A stretch of DNA of 64,000 bases from Eledone cirrhosa. Its lineage: Eukaryota. The first letter of the stretch is position 1; the number at the start of each line of letters is the position of its first letter. The notes beneath the pieces are model-generated. The model searched no databases. It had not been told where the DNA came from and saw only the letters and a list, made by a program, of their open reading frames with translations. The stretch covers positions 1 through 64,000 of the forward strand of contig CAXHJY010001538.1 in the NCBI GenBank assembly GCA_964016885.1. Reading direction: 5' to 3'. Position numbers and translations under genes: made by a program. This document shows positions 1-15,300 of this stretch, piece after piece.

Positions 1-399
1 GAATTTTAGAAATTTTTGGAATATTAGGATTTATGAATTTTAAGAATTTTAGGAATTTAGAGGAATTTTTTTGAATTTTCGGAATTTTATGTATTTTTAG
101 GAATTTTAGGAATTTTAGGAATTTTAGGAATTTTAGGAATTTTTGGAATTTTAGGAATTTTAGGAATTTTAGGAATTTTAGGATATTTATGAATTTTTGG
201 AATTTTAGGAATTTTAGGAATTTTAGGAATTTTAGGAATTTTAGGAATTTTAGGAATTTTAGTAATTTTAGGAATTTTAGGAATTTTAGGAATTTTAGGA
301 ATTTTAGAAATTTTTGGAATATTAGGATTTATTAATTTTAAGAATTTTAGGAATTTTAGGATTTTTATGAATTTTTAGAATTTTATGAATTTTATGAAT

Positions 400-3300
400 T
401 TTATGAATTTTATGAATTTTATGAATTTTAGGAATTTTAGGAATTTTAGGAATTTTAGGAATTTTAGAAATTTTTGGAATATTAGGATTTATGAATTTTA
501 AGAATTTTAGGAATTTTTTGGAATTTTCGGACTTTTAGGAATTTTTAGAAATTTTAGGTATTTTAGGAATTTTATGAATTTTAGGAATTTTGAGGAATTT
601 TTTTGAATTTTCGGAATTTTATGTATTTTTAGGAATTTTAGGAATTTTAGGAATTTTAGGAATTTTAGGAATTTTTGGAATTTTAGGAATTTTAGGAATT
701 TTATGAATGTTATGAATTTTAGGAATTTTGGGAATTTTATGAATTTTATGAATTTTAGAAATGTTATGAATTTTAGGAATTTTAGGAATTTTAGGAATTT
801 TAGGAATTTTAGGAATTTTAGGAATTTTAGGAATTTTAGAAATTTTTGGAATATTAGGATTTATGAATTTTAAGAATTTTAGGAATTTTGAGGAATTTTT
901 TTGAATTTTCGGAATTTTATGTATTTTTAGGAATTTTAGGAATTTTAGGAATTTTAGGAATTTTAGGAATTTTTGGAATTTTATGAATTTTATGAATTTT
1001 AAGAATTTTAGGAATTTCGAGGAATTTTTTTGAATTTTCGGAATTTTATGTATTTTTAGGAATTTTAGGAATTTTATGAATTTTAGGAATTTTTGGAATT
1101 TTTGGAATTTTAGGAATTTTATGAATTTTAAGAATTTTAGGAATTTCGAGGAATTTTTTTGAATTTTCGGAATTTTATGTATTTTTAGGAATTTTAGGAA
1201 TTTTATGAATTTTATGAATTTTATGAATTTTATGAATTTTAGTAATTTTAGGAATTTTAAGAATTTTAGGAATTTTAGGAATTTTAGGATTTTTATGAAT
1301 TTTTGGAATTTTGGAATTTTAGGAATTTTAGGATTTTTATGAATTTTTGGAATTTTAGGAATTTTAGGAATTTTAGGAATCTTAGGAATTTTAGGAATTT
1401 TAGGAATTTTAGTAATTTTAGGAATTTTGAGGAATTTTTTTGAATTTTCGGAATTTTATGTATTTTTAGGAATTTTAGGAATTTTAGGAATTTCAGGAAT
1501 TTTAGAAATTTTTGGAATATTAGGATTTATGAATTTTAAGAATTTTAGGAATTTTTTGGAATTTTCGGAATTTTCGGAATTTTTAGAAATTTTAGGTATT
1601 TTAGGAATTTTATGAATGTTATGAATTTTAGGAATTTTGGGAATTTTATGAATTTTATGAATTTTAGATATGTTATGAATTTTAGGAATTTTAGGAATTT
1701 TAGGAATTTTAAGAATTTTAGGAATTTTAGGAATTTTAGGATTTTTATGAATTTTTGGAATTTTAGGAATTTTAGGAATTTTGCGAATTTTAGGAATTTT
1801 AGGAATTTTAGGAATTTTATGAATTTTAGGAATTTTAGGAATTTTAGGAATTTTAGAAATTTTTGGAATATTAGGATTTATGAATTTTAGGAATTTTGAG
1901 GAATTTTTTTGAATTTTCGGAATTTTATGTATTTTTAGGAATTTTAGGAATTTTAGGAATTTTAGGAATTTTAGGAATTTTTGGAATTTTAGGAATTTTA
2001 TGAATTTTAAGAATTTTAGGAATTTCGAGGAATTTTTTTGAATTTTCGGAATTTTATGTATTTTTAGGAATTTTAGGAATTTTAGGAATTTTAGGAATTT
2101 TAGGAATTTTATGAATTTTAGGAATTTTATGAATTTTAGGAATTTTAGGAATTTTAGGAATTTTAGGAATTTTAGTAATTTTAGGAATTTTAAGAATTTT
2201 AGGAATTTTAGGAATTTTTTGGAATTTTCGGAATTTTATGAATTTTTAGGAATTTTAGGAATTTTAGGAATGTTATGAATTTTATGAATTTTAGGAATTT
2301 TATGAAATTTATGAATTTTATGAATTTTAGAAATGTTATGAATTTTAGGAATTTTAGGAATTTTAGGAATTTTAGGAATTCTAAGAATTTTAGGAATTTT
2401 AGGAATTATTTTGAATTTTTGGAATTTTATGAATTTTTATGAATTTTATGAATTTTATGAATTTTATGAATTTTTGGAATTTTAGGAATTTTATGAATCT
2501 TAGGAATTTTATGAACTTTGTGAATTTTAGGAATTTTAATTTTATGAATTTTTGGAATTTGAGGAATTTTAGGAATTTTATGAATTTTAGGAATTTTACG
2601 AATTTTAGGAATTTTATGAATTTTAAGAATTTTAGGAATTTCGAGGAATTTTTTTGAATTTTCGGAATTTTATGTATTTTTAGGAATTTTAGGAATTTTA
2701 GGAATTTTAGGAATTTTAGGAATTTTATGAATTTTAGGAATTTTATGAATTTTAGGAATTTTAGGAATTTTAGGAATTTTAGGAATTTTAGTAATTTTAG
2801 GAATTTTAAGAATTTTAGGAATTTTAGGAATTTTTTGGAATTTTCGGAATTTTATGAATTTTTAGGAATTTTATGAATTTTAGGAATGTTATGAATTTTA
2901 TGAATTTTTGGAATTTTAGGAATTTTATGAATTTTAGGAATTTTTGGAATTTTATGAAATTTATGAATTTTATGAATTTTAGAAATGTTATGAATTTTAG
3001 GAATTTTAGGAATTTTAGGAATTTTAGGAATTTTAAGAATTTTAGGAATTTTAGGAATTATTTTGAATTTTTGGAATTTTATGAATTTTTATGAATTTTA
3101 TGAATTTTATGAATTTTATGAATTTTTGGAATTTTAGGAATTTTAGGAATCTTAGGAATTTTATGAACTTTGTGAATTTTAGGAATTTTAATTTTATGAA
3201 TTTTTGGAATTTGAGGAATTTTAGGAATTTTATGAATTTTAGGAATTTTACGAATTTTAGGAATTTTAGGAATTTTATAAATTTTATGAATTTTAGGAAT

Positions 3301-6300
3301 TTTATGAATTATATAAATTTTAGGAATTTTAGGAATTTTATGAATTTTATGAAATTTAAGAATCTTAGGAATTTTTTGAATTTTTTGAATTTTAGGAATT
3401 TTAAGAATTTTTCCGAATTTTCGTAATTTTATGAATTTTTAGGAATTTTATGAATTTTATGAATTTTATGAAATTTAAAATTTTACGAATTTTAGTAATT
3501 TTAGGAATTTTTATGTATTTTAGGAATTTTAGGAATTTTTGGACTTTTAGGAATTTTATGAATTTTAAGAATTTTAGGAATTTCGAGGAATTTTTTTGAA
3601 TTTTCGGAATTTTATGTATTTTTAGGAATTTTAGGAATTTTATGAATTTTAGGAATTTTAGGAATTTTTGGAATTTTAGGAATTTTAGGAATTTTATGAA
3701 TGTTATGAATTTTAGTAATTTTAGGAATTTTAAGAATTTTAGGAATTTTAGGAATTTTTTGGAATTTTAGGAATTTTAGGAATTTTTAGGAATTTTAGGA
3801 ATTTTATGAATTTTATGAATGTTATGAATTTTATGAATTTTATGAATTTTATGAATTTTATGAATTTTATGAATTTTAGGAATTTTTGGAATTTTATGAA
3901 TTTTATGAATTTTTAGGAATTTTCTGAATTTAATGAAATTCAAGAATTTTAGGAATTTTTTTAATTTTTTGAATTTTAGGAATTTTAGGAATTTTTCCGA
4001 ATTTTCGTAATTTTATGAATTTTTAGGAATTTTAGGAATTTTAGGAATTTTATGAATTTTATGAATTTTAGGAATTTTATTAAATTTTAGGAATTTATGA
4101 ATTTTATGAATTTTATGAATTTTAAAATTTTACGAATATTAGTAATTTTAGGAATTTTATAAATTTTATGAATTTTATGAATTTTATGAATTTTATTGAA
4201 TTTTATGAATTTAGGAATTTTAGGAATTTTAAGAATTTTAGGAATTTTAGGAATTTTAGAAATGTTATGAATTTTAGGAATTTTAGGAATTTTAGGAATT
4301 TTAGGAATTTTAAGAATTTTATGAATTTTAGGAATTTTAGGAATTTTAGGAATTTTTATGTATTTTAGGAATTTTAGGAATTTTGAGGAATTTTTTTGAA
4401 TTTTCGGAATTTTATGTATTTTTAGGAATTTTAGGAATTTTAGGAATTTTAGGAATTTTAGGAATTTTTGGAATTTTAGGAATTTTATGAATTTTAAGAA
4501 TTTTATGAATTTTATGAATTTTGGGAATTTTATCAATTTTATGAATTTTAGAAATGTTAGGAATTTTAGGAATTTTAGGAATTTTAGGAATTTTAAGAAT
4601 TTTAGGAATTTTAGGAATTTTAGGATTTTTATGAATTTTTGGAATTTTAGGAATTTTAGGAATTTTGAGGAATTTTTTTGAATTTTCGGAATTTTATGTA
4701 TTTTTAGGAATTTTAGGAATTTTAGGAATTTTAGGAATTTTAGGAATTTTTGGAATTTTAGGAATTTTATGAATTTTAAGAATTTTAGGAATTTCGAGGA
4801 ATTTTTTTGAATTTTCGGAATTTTATGTATTTTTAGGAATTTTAGGAATTTTAGGAATTTTAGGAATTTTATGAATATTAGGAATTTTATAAATTTTATG
4901 AATTTTATGAATTTTAGGAATTTTAGGAATTTTAATAATTTTAGGAATTTTAGGAATTTTATGAATTTTATGAATTTTAGGAATTTTAGGAATTTTAGGA
5001 ATTATAAGAATTTTAAGAATTTTAGGAATTTTATGAATTTTAGGAATTTTTTGAATTTTTTGAATTTTAGGAATTTTAGGAATTTTTTGAATTTCTTGGA
5101 ATTTTATGAATTTTTAGGAATTTTATGAATTTTATGAATTTTAGGAATTTTAGGAATTTTAGGATTTTTAGGAATCTTAGGAATTTTATGAACTTTTTGA
5201 ATTTTAGGAATTTTATTAATTTTATGAATTTTTGGAATTTGAGGAATTTTAGGAATTTTAGGAATTTTAGGAATTTTAGGAATTTTTGGAATTTTAGGAA
5301 TTTTATGAATTTTAAGAATTTTAGGAATTTCGAGGAATTTTTTTGAATTTTCGGAATTTTATGTATTTTTAGGAATTTTAGGAATTTTATGAATTTTAGG
5401 AATTTTTGGAATTTTTGGAATTTTAGGAATTTTATGAATTTTAAGAATTTTAGGAATTTCGAGGAATTTTTTTGAATTTTCGGAATTTTATGTATTTTTA
5501 GGAATTTTAGGAATTTTATGAATTTTATGAATTTTAGGAATTTTATGAATTTTAGTAATTTTAGGAATTTTAAGAATTTTAGGAATTTTAGTAATTTTAG
5601 GATTTTTATGAATTTTTGGAATTTTAACAATTTTAGGAATTTTAGGAATTTTAGGAATTTTATGAATTTTAGTAATTTTAGGAATTTTAGGAATTTTAGG
5701 AATTTTAGAAATTTTTGGAATATTAGGATTTATGAATTTTAAGAATTTTAGGAATTTTGAGGAATTTTTTTGAATTTTCGGAATTTTATGTATTTTTAGG
5801 AATTTTAGGAATTTTAGGAATTTTAGGAATTTTAGAAATTTTAGGAATTTTAGGAATTTTATGAATTTTAGTAATTTTAGTAATTTTAGGAATTTTAGGA
5901 ATTTTAGAAATTTTTGGAATATTAGGATTTATGAATTTTAAGAATTTTAGGAATTTTGAGGAATTTTTTTGAATTTTCGGAATTTTATGTATTTTTAGGA
6001 ATTTTAGGAATTTTAGCAATTTTAGGAATTTTAGGAATTTTTGGAATTTTAGGAATTTTATGAATTTTAAGAATTTTAGGAATTTCGAGGAATTTTTTTG
6101 AATTTTCGGAATTTTATGTATTTTTAGGAATTTTAGGAATTTTAGGAATTTTAGGAATTTTAGGAATTTTTGGAATTTTAGGAATTTTATGAATTTTAAG
6201 AATTTTAGGAATTTCGAGGAATTTTTTTGAATTTTCGGAATTTTATGTATTTTTAGGAATTTTAGGAATTTTATGAATTTTATGAATTTTATGAATTTTA

Positions 6301-9300
6301 TGAATTTTAGTAATTTTAGGAATTTCGAGGAATTTTTTTGAATTTTCGGAATTTTATGTATTTTTAGGAATTTTAGGAATTTTATGAATTTTATGAATTT
6401 TAGGAATTTTATGAATTTTAGTAATTTTAGGAATTTTAAGAATTTTAGGAACTTTAGGAATTTTAGGATTTTTATGAATTTTTGGAATTTTAGGAATTTT
6501 AGGAATTTTAGGAATTTTAGGAATTTTAGGAATTTTATGAATTTTAGTAATTTTAGGAATTTGAGGAATTTTAGAAATTTTTGGAATATTAGGATTTATG
6601 AATTTTAAGAATTTTAGGAATTTTGAGGAATTTTTTTTAATTTTCGGAATTTTATGTATTTTTAGGAATTTTAGGAATTTTAGAATTTTAGGAATTTTAG
6701 GAATTTTATGAATTTTAGTAATTTTAGGAATTTTAAGAATTTTAGGAATTTTAGGAATTTTAGGATTTTTATGAATTTTTGGAATTTTAGGAATTTTAGG
6801 AATTTTAGGAATTTTAGGAATTTTAGAAATTTTATGAATTTTAGTAATTTTAGGAATTTTAGGAATTTTAGGAATTTTAGAAATTTTTGGAATATTAGGA
6901 TTTATGAATTTTAAGAATTTTAGGAATTTAGAGGAATTTTTTTGAATTTTCGGAATTTTATGTATTTTTAGGAATTTTAGGAATTTTAGGAATTTTAGGA
7001 ATTTTAGGAATTTTTGGAATTTTAGGAATTTTAGGAATTTTAGGAATTTTAGGATATTTATGAATTTTTGGAATTTTAGGAATTTTAGGAATTTTAGGAA
7101 TTTTAGGAATTTTATGAATTTTATGAATTTTAGTAATTTTAGGAATTTTAGGAATTTTAGGAATTTTAGGAATTTTAGAAATTTTTGGAATATTAGGATT
7201 TATTAATTTTAAGAATTTTAGGAATTTTAGGATTTTTATGAATTTTTAGAATTTTATGAATTTTATGAATTTTATGAATTTTATGAATTTTATGAATTTT
7301 AGGAATTTTAGGAATTTTAGGAATTTTAGGAATTTTAGAAATTTTTGGAATATTAGGATTTATGAATTTTAAGAATTTTAGGAATTTTTTGGAATTTTCG
7401 GACTTTTAGGAATTTTTAGAAATTTTAGGTATTTGAGGAATTTTATGAATTTTAGGAATTTTGAGGAATTTTTTTGAATTTTCGGAATTTTATGTATTTT
7501 TAGGAATTTTAGGAATTTTAGGAATTTTAGGAATTTTAGGAATTTTTGGAATTTTAGGAATTTTAGGAATTTTATGAATGTTATGAATTTTAGGAATTTT
7601 GGGAATTTTATGAATTTTATGAATTTTAGAAATGTTATGAATTTTAGGAATTTTAGGAATTTTAGGAATTTTAGAAATTTTTGGAATATTAGGATTTATG
7701 AATTTTAAGAATTTTAGGAATTTTGAGGAATTTTTTTGAATTTTCGGAATTTTATGTATTTTTAGGAATTTTAGGAATTTTAGGAATTTTAGGAATTTTA
7801 GGAATTTTTGGAATTTTATGAATTTTATGAATTTTAAGAATTTTAGGAATTTCGAGGAATTTTTTTGAATTTTCGGAATTTTATGTATTTTTAGGAATTT
7901 TAGGAATTTTATGAATTTTAGGAATTTTTGGAATTTTTGGAATTTTAGGAATTTTATGAATTTTAAGAATTTTAGGAATTTCGAGGAATTTTTTTGAATT
8001 TTCGGAATTTTATGTATTTTTAGGAATTTTAGGAATTTTATGAATTTTATGAATATTAGGAATTTTATGAATTTTAGTAATTTTAGGAATTTTAAGAATT
8101 TTAGGAATTTTAGGAATTTTAGGATTTTTATGAATTTTTGGAATTTTGGAATTTTAGGAATTTTAGGATTTTTATGAATTTTTGGAATTTTAGGAATTTT
8201 AGGAATTTTAGGAATCTTAGGAATTTTAGGAATTTTAGGAATTTTAGTAATTTTAGGAATTTTGAGGAATTTTTTTGAATTTTCGGAATTTTATGTATTT
8301 TTAGGAATTTTAGGAATTTTAGGAATTTTAGGAATTTTAGAAATTTTTGGAATATTAGGATTTATGAATTTTAAGAATTTTAGGAATTTTTTGGAATTTT
8401 CGGAATTTTCGGAATTTTTAGAAATTTTAGGTATTTTAGGAATTTTATGAATGTTATGAATTTTAGGAATTTTGGGAATTTTATGAATTTTATGAATTTT
8501 AGATATGTTATGAATTTTAGGAATTTTAGGAATTTTAGGAATTTTAAGAATTTTAGGAATTTTAGGAATTTTAGGATTTTTATGAATTTTTGGAATTTTA
8601 GGAATTTTAGGAATTTTGCGAATTTTAGGAATTTTAGGAATTTTAGGAATTTTAGGAATTTTAGGAATTTTAGGAATTTTAGAAATTTTTGGAATATTAG
8701 GATTTATGAATTTTAGGAATTTTGAGGAATTCTTTTGAATTTTCGGAATTTTATGTATTTTTAGGAATTTTAGGAATTTTAGGAATTTTAGGAATTTTAG
8801 GAATTTTTGGAATTTTAGGAATTTTATGAATTTTAAGAATTTTAGGAATTTCGAGGAATTTTTTTGAATTTTCGGAATTTTATGTATTTTTAGGAATTTT
8901 AGGAATTTTAGGAATTTTAGGAATTTTAGGAATTTTATGAATTTTAGGAATTTTATGAATTTTAGGAATTTTAGGAATTTTTGGAATTTTATGAAATTTG
9001 TGAATTTTATGAATTTTAGAAATGTTATGAATTTTAGGAATTTTAGGAATTTTAGGAATTTTAGGAATTTTAAGAATTTTAGGAATTTTAGGAATTATTT
9101 TGAATTTTTGGAATTTTATGAATCTTTATGAATTTTATGAATTTTATGAATTTTATGAATTTTTGGAATTTTAGGAATTTTAGGAATCTTAGGAATTTTA
9201 TGAACTTTGTGAATTTTAGGAATTTTAATTTTATGAATTTTTGGAATTTGAGGAATTTTAGGAATTTTATGAATTTTAGGAATTTTACGAATTTTTGGAA

Positions 9301-12300
9301 TTTTATGAATTTTAAGAATTTTAGGAATTTCGAGGAATTTTTTTGAATTTTCGGAATTTTATGTATTTTTAGGAATTTTAGGAATTTTAGGAATTTTAGG
9401 AATTTTAGGAATTTTATGAATTTTAGGAATTTTATGAATTTTAGGAATTTTAGGAATTTTAGGAATTTTAGGAATTTTAGTAATTTTAGGAATTTTAAGA
9501 ATTTTAGGAATTTTAGGAATTTTTTGGAATTTTCGGAATTTTATGAATTTTTAGGAATTTTATGAATTTTAGGAATGTTATGAATTTTATGAATTTTTGG
9601 AATTTTAGGAATTTTATGAATTTTAGGAATTTTTGGAATTTTATGAAATTTATGAATTTTATGAATTTTAGAAATGTTATGAATTTTAGGAATTTTAGGA
9701 ATTTTAGGAATTTTAGGAATTTTAAGAATTTTAGGAATTTTAGGAATTATTTTGAATTTTTGGAATTTTATGAATTTTTATGAATTTTATGAATTTTATG
9801 AATTTTATGAATTTTTGGAATTTTAGGAATTTTAGGAATCTTAGGAATTTTATGAACTTTGTGAATTTTAGGAATTTTAATTTTATGAATTTTTGGAATT
9901 TGAGGAATTTTAGGAATTTTATGAATTTTAGGAATTTTACGAATTTTAGGAATTTTAGGAATTTTATAAATTTTATGAATTTTAGGAATTTTATGAATTA
10001 TATAAATTTTAGGAATTTTAGGAATTTTATGAATTTTATGAAATTTAAGAATCTTAGGAATTTTTTGAATTTTAGGAATTTTAAGAATTTTTCCGAATTT
10101 TCGTAATTTTATGAATTTTTAGGAATTTTATGAATTTTATGAATTTTATGAAATTTAAAATTTTAGTAATTTTAGGAATTTAAGGAATTTTTTGAATTTT
10201 AGGAATTTTAGGAATTTTAGGGATTTCTATGAATTTTAGGAATTTTAGGAATTTTAGGAATTTTTAGGAATTTTAGGAATTTTAGGAATTTTAGGAATTT
10301 TAGGAATTTTTGGAATTTTAGGAATTTTATGAATTTTAAGAATTTTAGGAATTTCGAGGAATTTTTTTGAATTTTCGGAATTTTATGTATTTTTAGGAAT
10401 TTTAGGAATTTTATGAATTTTAGGAATTTTTGGAATTTTTGGAATTTTAGGAATTTTATGAATTTTAAGAATTTTAGGAATTTCGAGGAATTTTTTTGAA
10501 TTTTCGGAATTTTATGTATTTTTAGGAATTTTAGGAATTTTATGAATTTTAGGAATTTTAGGAATTTTATGAATTTTAGTAATTTTAGGAATTTTAAGAA
10601 TTTTAGGAATTTTAGTAATTTTAGGATTTTTATGAATTTTTGGAATTTTAACAATTTTAGGAATTTTAGGAATTTTAGGAATTTTATGAATTTTAGTAAT
10701 TTTAGGAATTTTAGGAATTTTAGGAATTTTAGAAATTTTTGGAATATTTATGAATTTTAAGAATTTTAGGAATTTTGAGGAATTTTTTTGAATTTTCGGA
10801 ATTTTATGTATTTTTAGGAATTTTAGGAATTTTAGGAATTTTAGGAATTTTAGAAATTTTAGGAATTTTAGGAATTTTATGAATTTTAGTAATTTTAGTA
10901 ATTTTAGGAATTTTAGGAATTTTAGAAATTTTTGGAATATTAGGATTTATGAATTTTAAGAATTTTAGGAATTTTGAGGAATTTTTTTGAATTTTCGGAA
11001 TTTTATGTATTTTTAGGAATTTTAGGAATTTTAGGAATTTTAGGAATTTTAGGAATTTTTGGAATTTTAGGAATTTTATGAATTTTAAGAATTTTAGGAA
11101 TTTCGAGGAATTTTTTTGAATTTTCGGAATTTTATGTATTTTTAGTAATTTTAGGAATTTTAGGAATTTTAGGAATTTTAGGAATTTTTGGAATTTTAGG
11201 AATTTTATGAATTTTAAGAATTTTAGGAATTTCGAGGAATTTTTTTGAATTTTCGGAATTTTATGTATTTTTAGGAATTTTAGGAATTTTATGAATTTTA
11301 TGAATTTTATGAATTTTATGAATTTTAGTAATTTTAGGAATTTCGAGGAATTTTTTTGAATTTTCGGAATTTTATGTATTTTTAGGAATTTTAGGAATTT
11401 TATGAATTTTATGAATTTTAGGAATTTTATGAATTTTAGTAATTTTAGGAATTTTAAGAATTTTAGGAACTTTAGGAATTTTAGGATTTTTATGAATTTT
11501 TGGAATTTTAGGAATTTTAGGAATTTTAGGAATTTTAGGAATTTTAGGAATTTTATGAATTTTAGTAATTTTAGGAATTTGAGGAATTTTAGAAATTTTT
11601 GGAATATTAGGATTTATGAATTTTAAGAATTTTAGGAATTTTGAGGAATTTTTTTTAATTTTCGGAATTTTATGTATTTTTAGGAATTTTAGGAATTTTA
11701 GAATTTTAGGAATTTTAGGAATTTTATGAATTTTAGTAATTTTAGGAATTTTAAGAATTTTAGGAATTTTAGGAATTTTAGGATTTTTATGAATTTTTGG
11801 AATTTTAGGAATTTTAGGAATTTTAGGAATTTTAGGAATTTTAGAAATTTTATGAATTTTAGTAATTTTAGGAATTTTAGGAATTTTAGGAATTTTAGAA
11901 ATTTTTGGAATATTAGGATTTATGAATTTTAAGAATTTTAGGAATTTAGAGGAATTTTTTTGAATTTTCGGAATTTTATGTATTTTTAGGAATTTTAGGA
12001 ATTTTAGGAATTTTAGGAATTTTAGGAATTTTTGGAATTTTAGGAATTTTAGGAATTTTAGGAATTTTAGGATATTTATGAATTTTTGGAATTTTAGGAA
12101 TTTTAGGAATTTTAGGAATTTTAGGAATTTTAGGAATTTTAGGAATTTTAGGAATTTTAGGAATTTTAGAAATTTTTGGAATATTAGGATTTATTAATTT
12201 TAAGAATTTTAGGAATTTTAGGATTTTTATGAATTTTTAGAATTTTATGAATTTTATGAATTTTATGAATTTTATGAATTTTATGAATTTTAGGAATTTT

Positions 12301-15300
12301 AGGAATTTTAGGAATTTTAGGAATTTTAGAAATTTTTGGAATATTAGGATTTATGAATTTTAAGAATTTTAGGAATTTTTTGGAATTTTCGGACTTTTAG
12401 GAATTTTTAGAAATTTTAGGTATTTTAGGAATTTTATGAATTTTAGGAATTTTGAGGAATTTTTTTGAATTTTCGGAATTTTATGTATTTTTAGGAATTT
12501 TAGGAATTTTAGGAATTTTAGGAATTTTAGGAATTTTTGGAATTTTAGGAATTTTAGGAATTTTATGAATGTTATGAATTTTAGGAATTTTGGGAATTTT
12601 ATGAATTTTATGAATTTTAGAAATGTTATGAATTTTAGGAATTTTAGGAATTTTAGGAATTTTAGGAATTTTAGGAATTTTAGGAATTTTAGGAATTTTA
12701 GAAATTTTTGGAATATTAGGATTTATGAATTTTAAGAATTTTAGGAATTTTGAGGAATTTTTTTGAATTTTCGGAATTTTATGTATTTTTAGGAATTTTA
12801 GGAATTTTAGGAATTTTAGGAATTTTAGGAATTTTTGGAATTTTATGAATTTTATGAATTTTAAGAATTTTAGGAATTTCGAGGAATTTTTTTGAATTTT
12901 CGGAATTTTATGTATTTTTAGGAATTTTAGGAATTTTATGAATTTTAGGAATTTTTGGAATTTTTGGAATTTTAGGAATTTTATGAATTTTAAGAATTTT
13001 AGGAATTTCGAGGAATTTTTTTGAATTTTCGGAATTTTATGTATTTTTAGGAATTTTAGGAATTTTATGAATTTTATGAATTTTAGGAATTTTATGAATT
13101 TTAGTAATTTTAGGAATTTTAAGAATTTTAGGAATTTTAGGAATTTTAGGATTTTTATGAATTTTTGGAATTTTGGAATTTTTAGAATTTTAGGATTTTT
13201 ATGAATTTTTGGAATTTTAGGAATTTTAGGAATTTTAGGAATCTTAGGAATTTTAGGAATTTTAGGAATTTTAGTAATTTTAGGAATTTTGAGGAATTTT
13301 TTTGAATTTTCGGAATTTTATGTATTTTTAGGAATTTTAGGAATTTTAGGAATTTTAGGAATTTTAGAAATTTTTGGAATATTAGGATTTATGAATTTTA
13401 AGAATTTTAGGAATTTTTTGGAATTTTCGGAATTTTCGGAATTTTTAGAAATTTTAGGTATTTTAGGAATTTTATGAATGTTATGAATTTTAGGAATTTT
13501 GGGAATTTTATGAATTTTATGAATTTTAGATATGTTATGAATTTTAGGAATTTTAGGAATTTTAGGAATTTTAAGAATTTTAGGAATTTTAGGAATTTTA
13601 GGATTTTTATGAATTTTTGGAATTTTAGGAATTTTAGGAATTTTGCGAATTTTAGGAATTTTAGGAATTTTAGGAATTTTATGAATTTTAGGAATTTTAG
13701 GAATTTTAGGAATTTTAGAAATTTTTGGAATATTAGGATTTATGAATTTTAGGAATTTTGAGGAATTTTTTTGAATTTTCGGAATTTTATGTATTTTTAG
13801 GAATTTTAGGAATTTTAGGAATTTTAGGAATTTTAGGAATTTTTGGAATTTTAGGAATTTTATGAATTTTAAGAATTTTAGGAATTTCGAGGAATTTTTT
13901 TGAATTTTCGGAATTTTATGTATTTTTAGGAATTTTAGGAATTTTAGGAATTTTAGGAATTTTAGGAATTTTATGAATTTTAGGAATTTTATGAATTTTA
14001 GGAATTTTAGGAATTTTAGGAATTTTAGGAATTTTAGTAATTTTAGGAATTTTAAGAATTTTAGGAATTTTAGGAATTTTTTGGAATTTTCGGAATTTTA
14101 TGAATTTTTAGGAATTTTAGGAATTTTAGGAATGTTATGAATTTTATGAATTTTAGGAATTTTATGAAATTTATGAATTTTATGAATTTTAGAAATGTTA
14201 TGAATTTTAGGAATTTTAGGAATTTTAGGAATTTTAGGAATTCTAAGAATTTTAGGAATTTTAGGAATTATTTTGAATTTTTGGAATTTTATGAATTTTT
14301 ATGAATTTTATGAATTTTATGAATTTTATGAATTTTTGGAATTTTAGGAATTTTATGAATCTTAGGAATTTTATGAACTTTGTGAATTTTAGGAATTTTA
14401 ATTTTATGAATTTTTGGAATTTGAGGAATTTTAGGAATTTTATGAATTTTAGGAATTTTACGAATTTTAGGAATTTTAGGAATTTTAAGAATTTTAGGAA
14501 TTTCGAGGAATTTTTTTGAATTTTCGGAATTTTATGTATTTTTAGGAATTTTAGGAATTTTAGGAATTTTAGGAATTTTAGGAATTTTAGGAATTTTAGG
14601 AATTTTATGAATTTTAGGAATTTTAGGAATTTTAGGAATTTTAGGAATTTTAGTAATTTTAGGAATTTTAAGAATTTTAGGAATTTTAGGAATTTTTTGG
14701 AATTTTCGGAATTTTATGAATTTTTAGGAATTTTATGAATTTTAGGAATGTTATGAATTTTATGAATTTTTGGAATTTTAGGAATTTTATGAATTTTAGG
14801 AATTTTTGGAATTTTATGAAATTTATGAATTTTATGAATTTTAGAAATGTTATGAATTTTAGGAATTTTAGGAATTTTAGGAATTTTAGGAATTTTAAGA
14901 ATTTTAGGAATTTTAGGAATTATTTTGAATTTTTGGAATTTTATGAATTTTTATGAATTTTATGAATTTTATGAATTTTATGAATTTTTGGAATTTTAGG
15001 AATTTTAGGAATCTTAGGAATTTTATGAACTTTGTGAATTTTAGGAATTTTAATTTTATGAATTTTTGGAATTTGAGGAATTTTAGGAATTTTATGAATT
15101 TTAGGAATTTTACGAATTTTAGGAATTTTAGGAATTTTATAAATTTTATGAATTTTAGGAATTTTATGAATTATATAAATTTTAGGAATTTTAGGAATTT
15201 TATGAATTTTATGAAATTTAAGAATCTTAGGAATTTTTTGAATTTTTTGAATTTTAGGAATTTTAAGAATTTTTCCGAATTTTCGTAATTTTATGAATTT

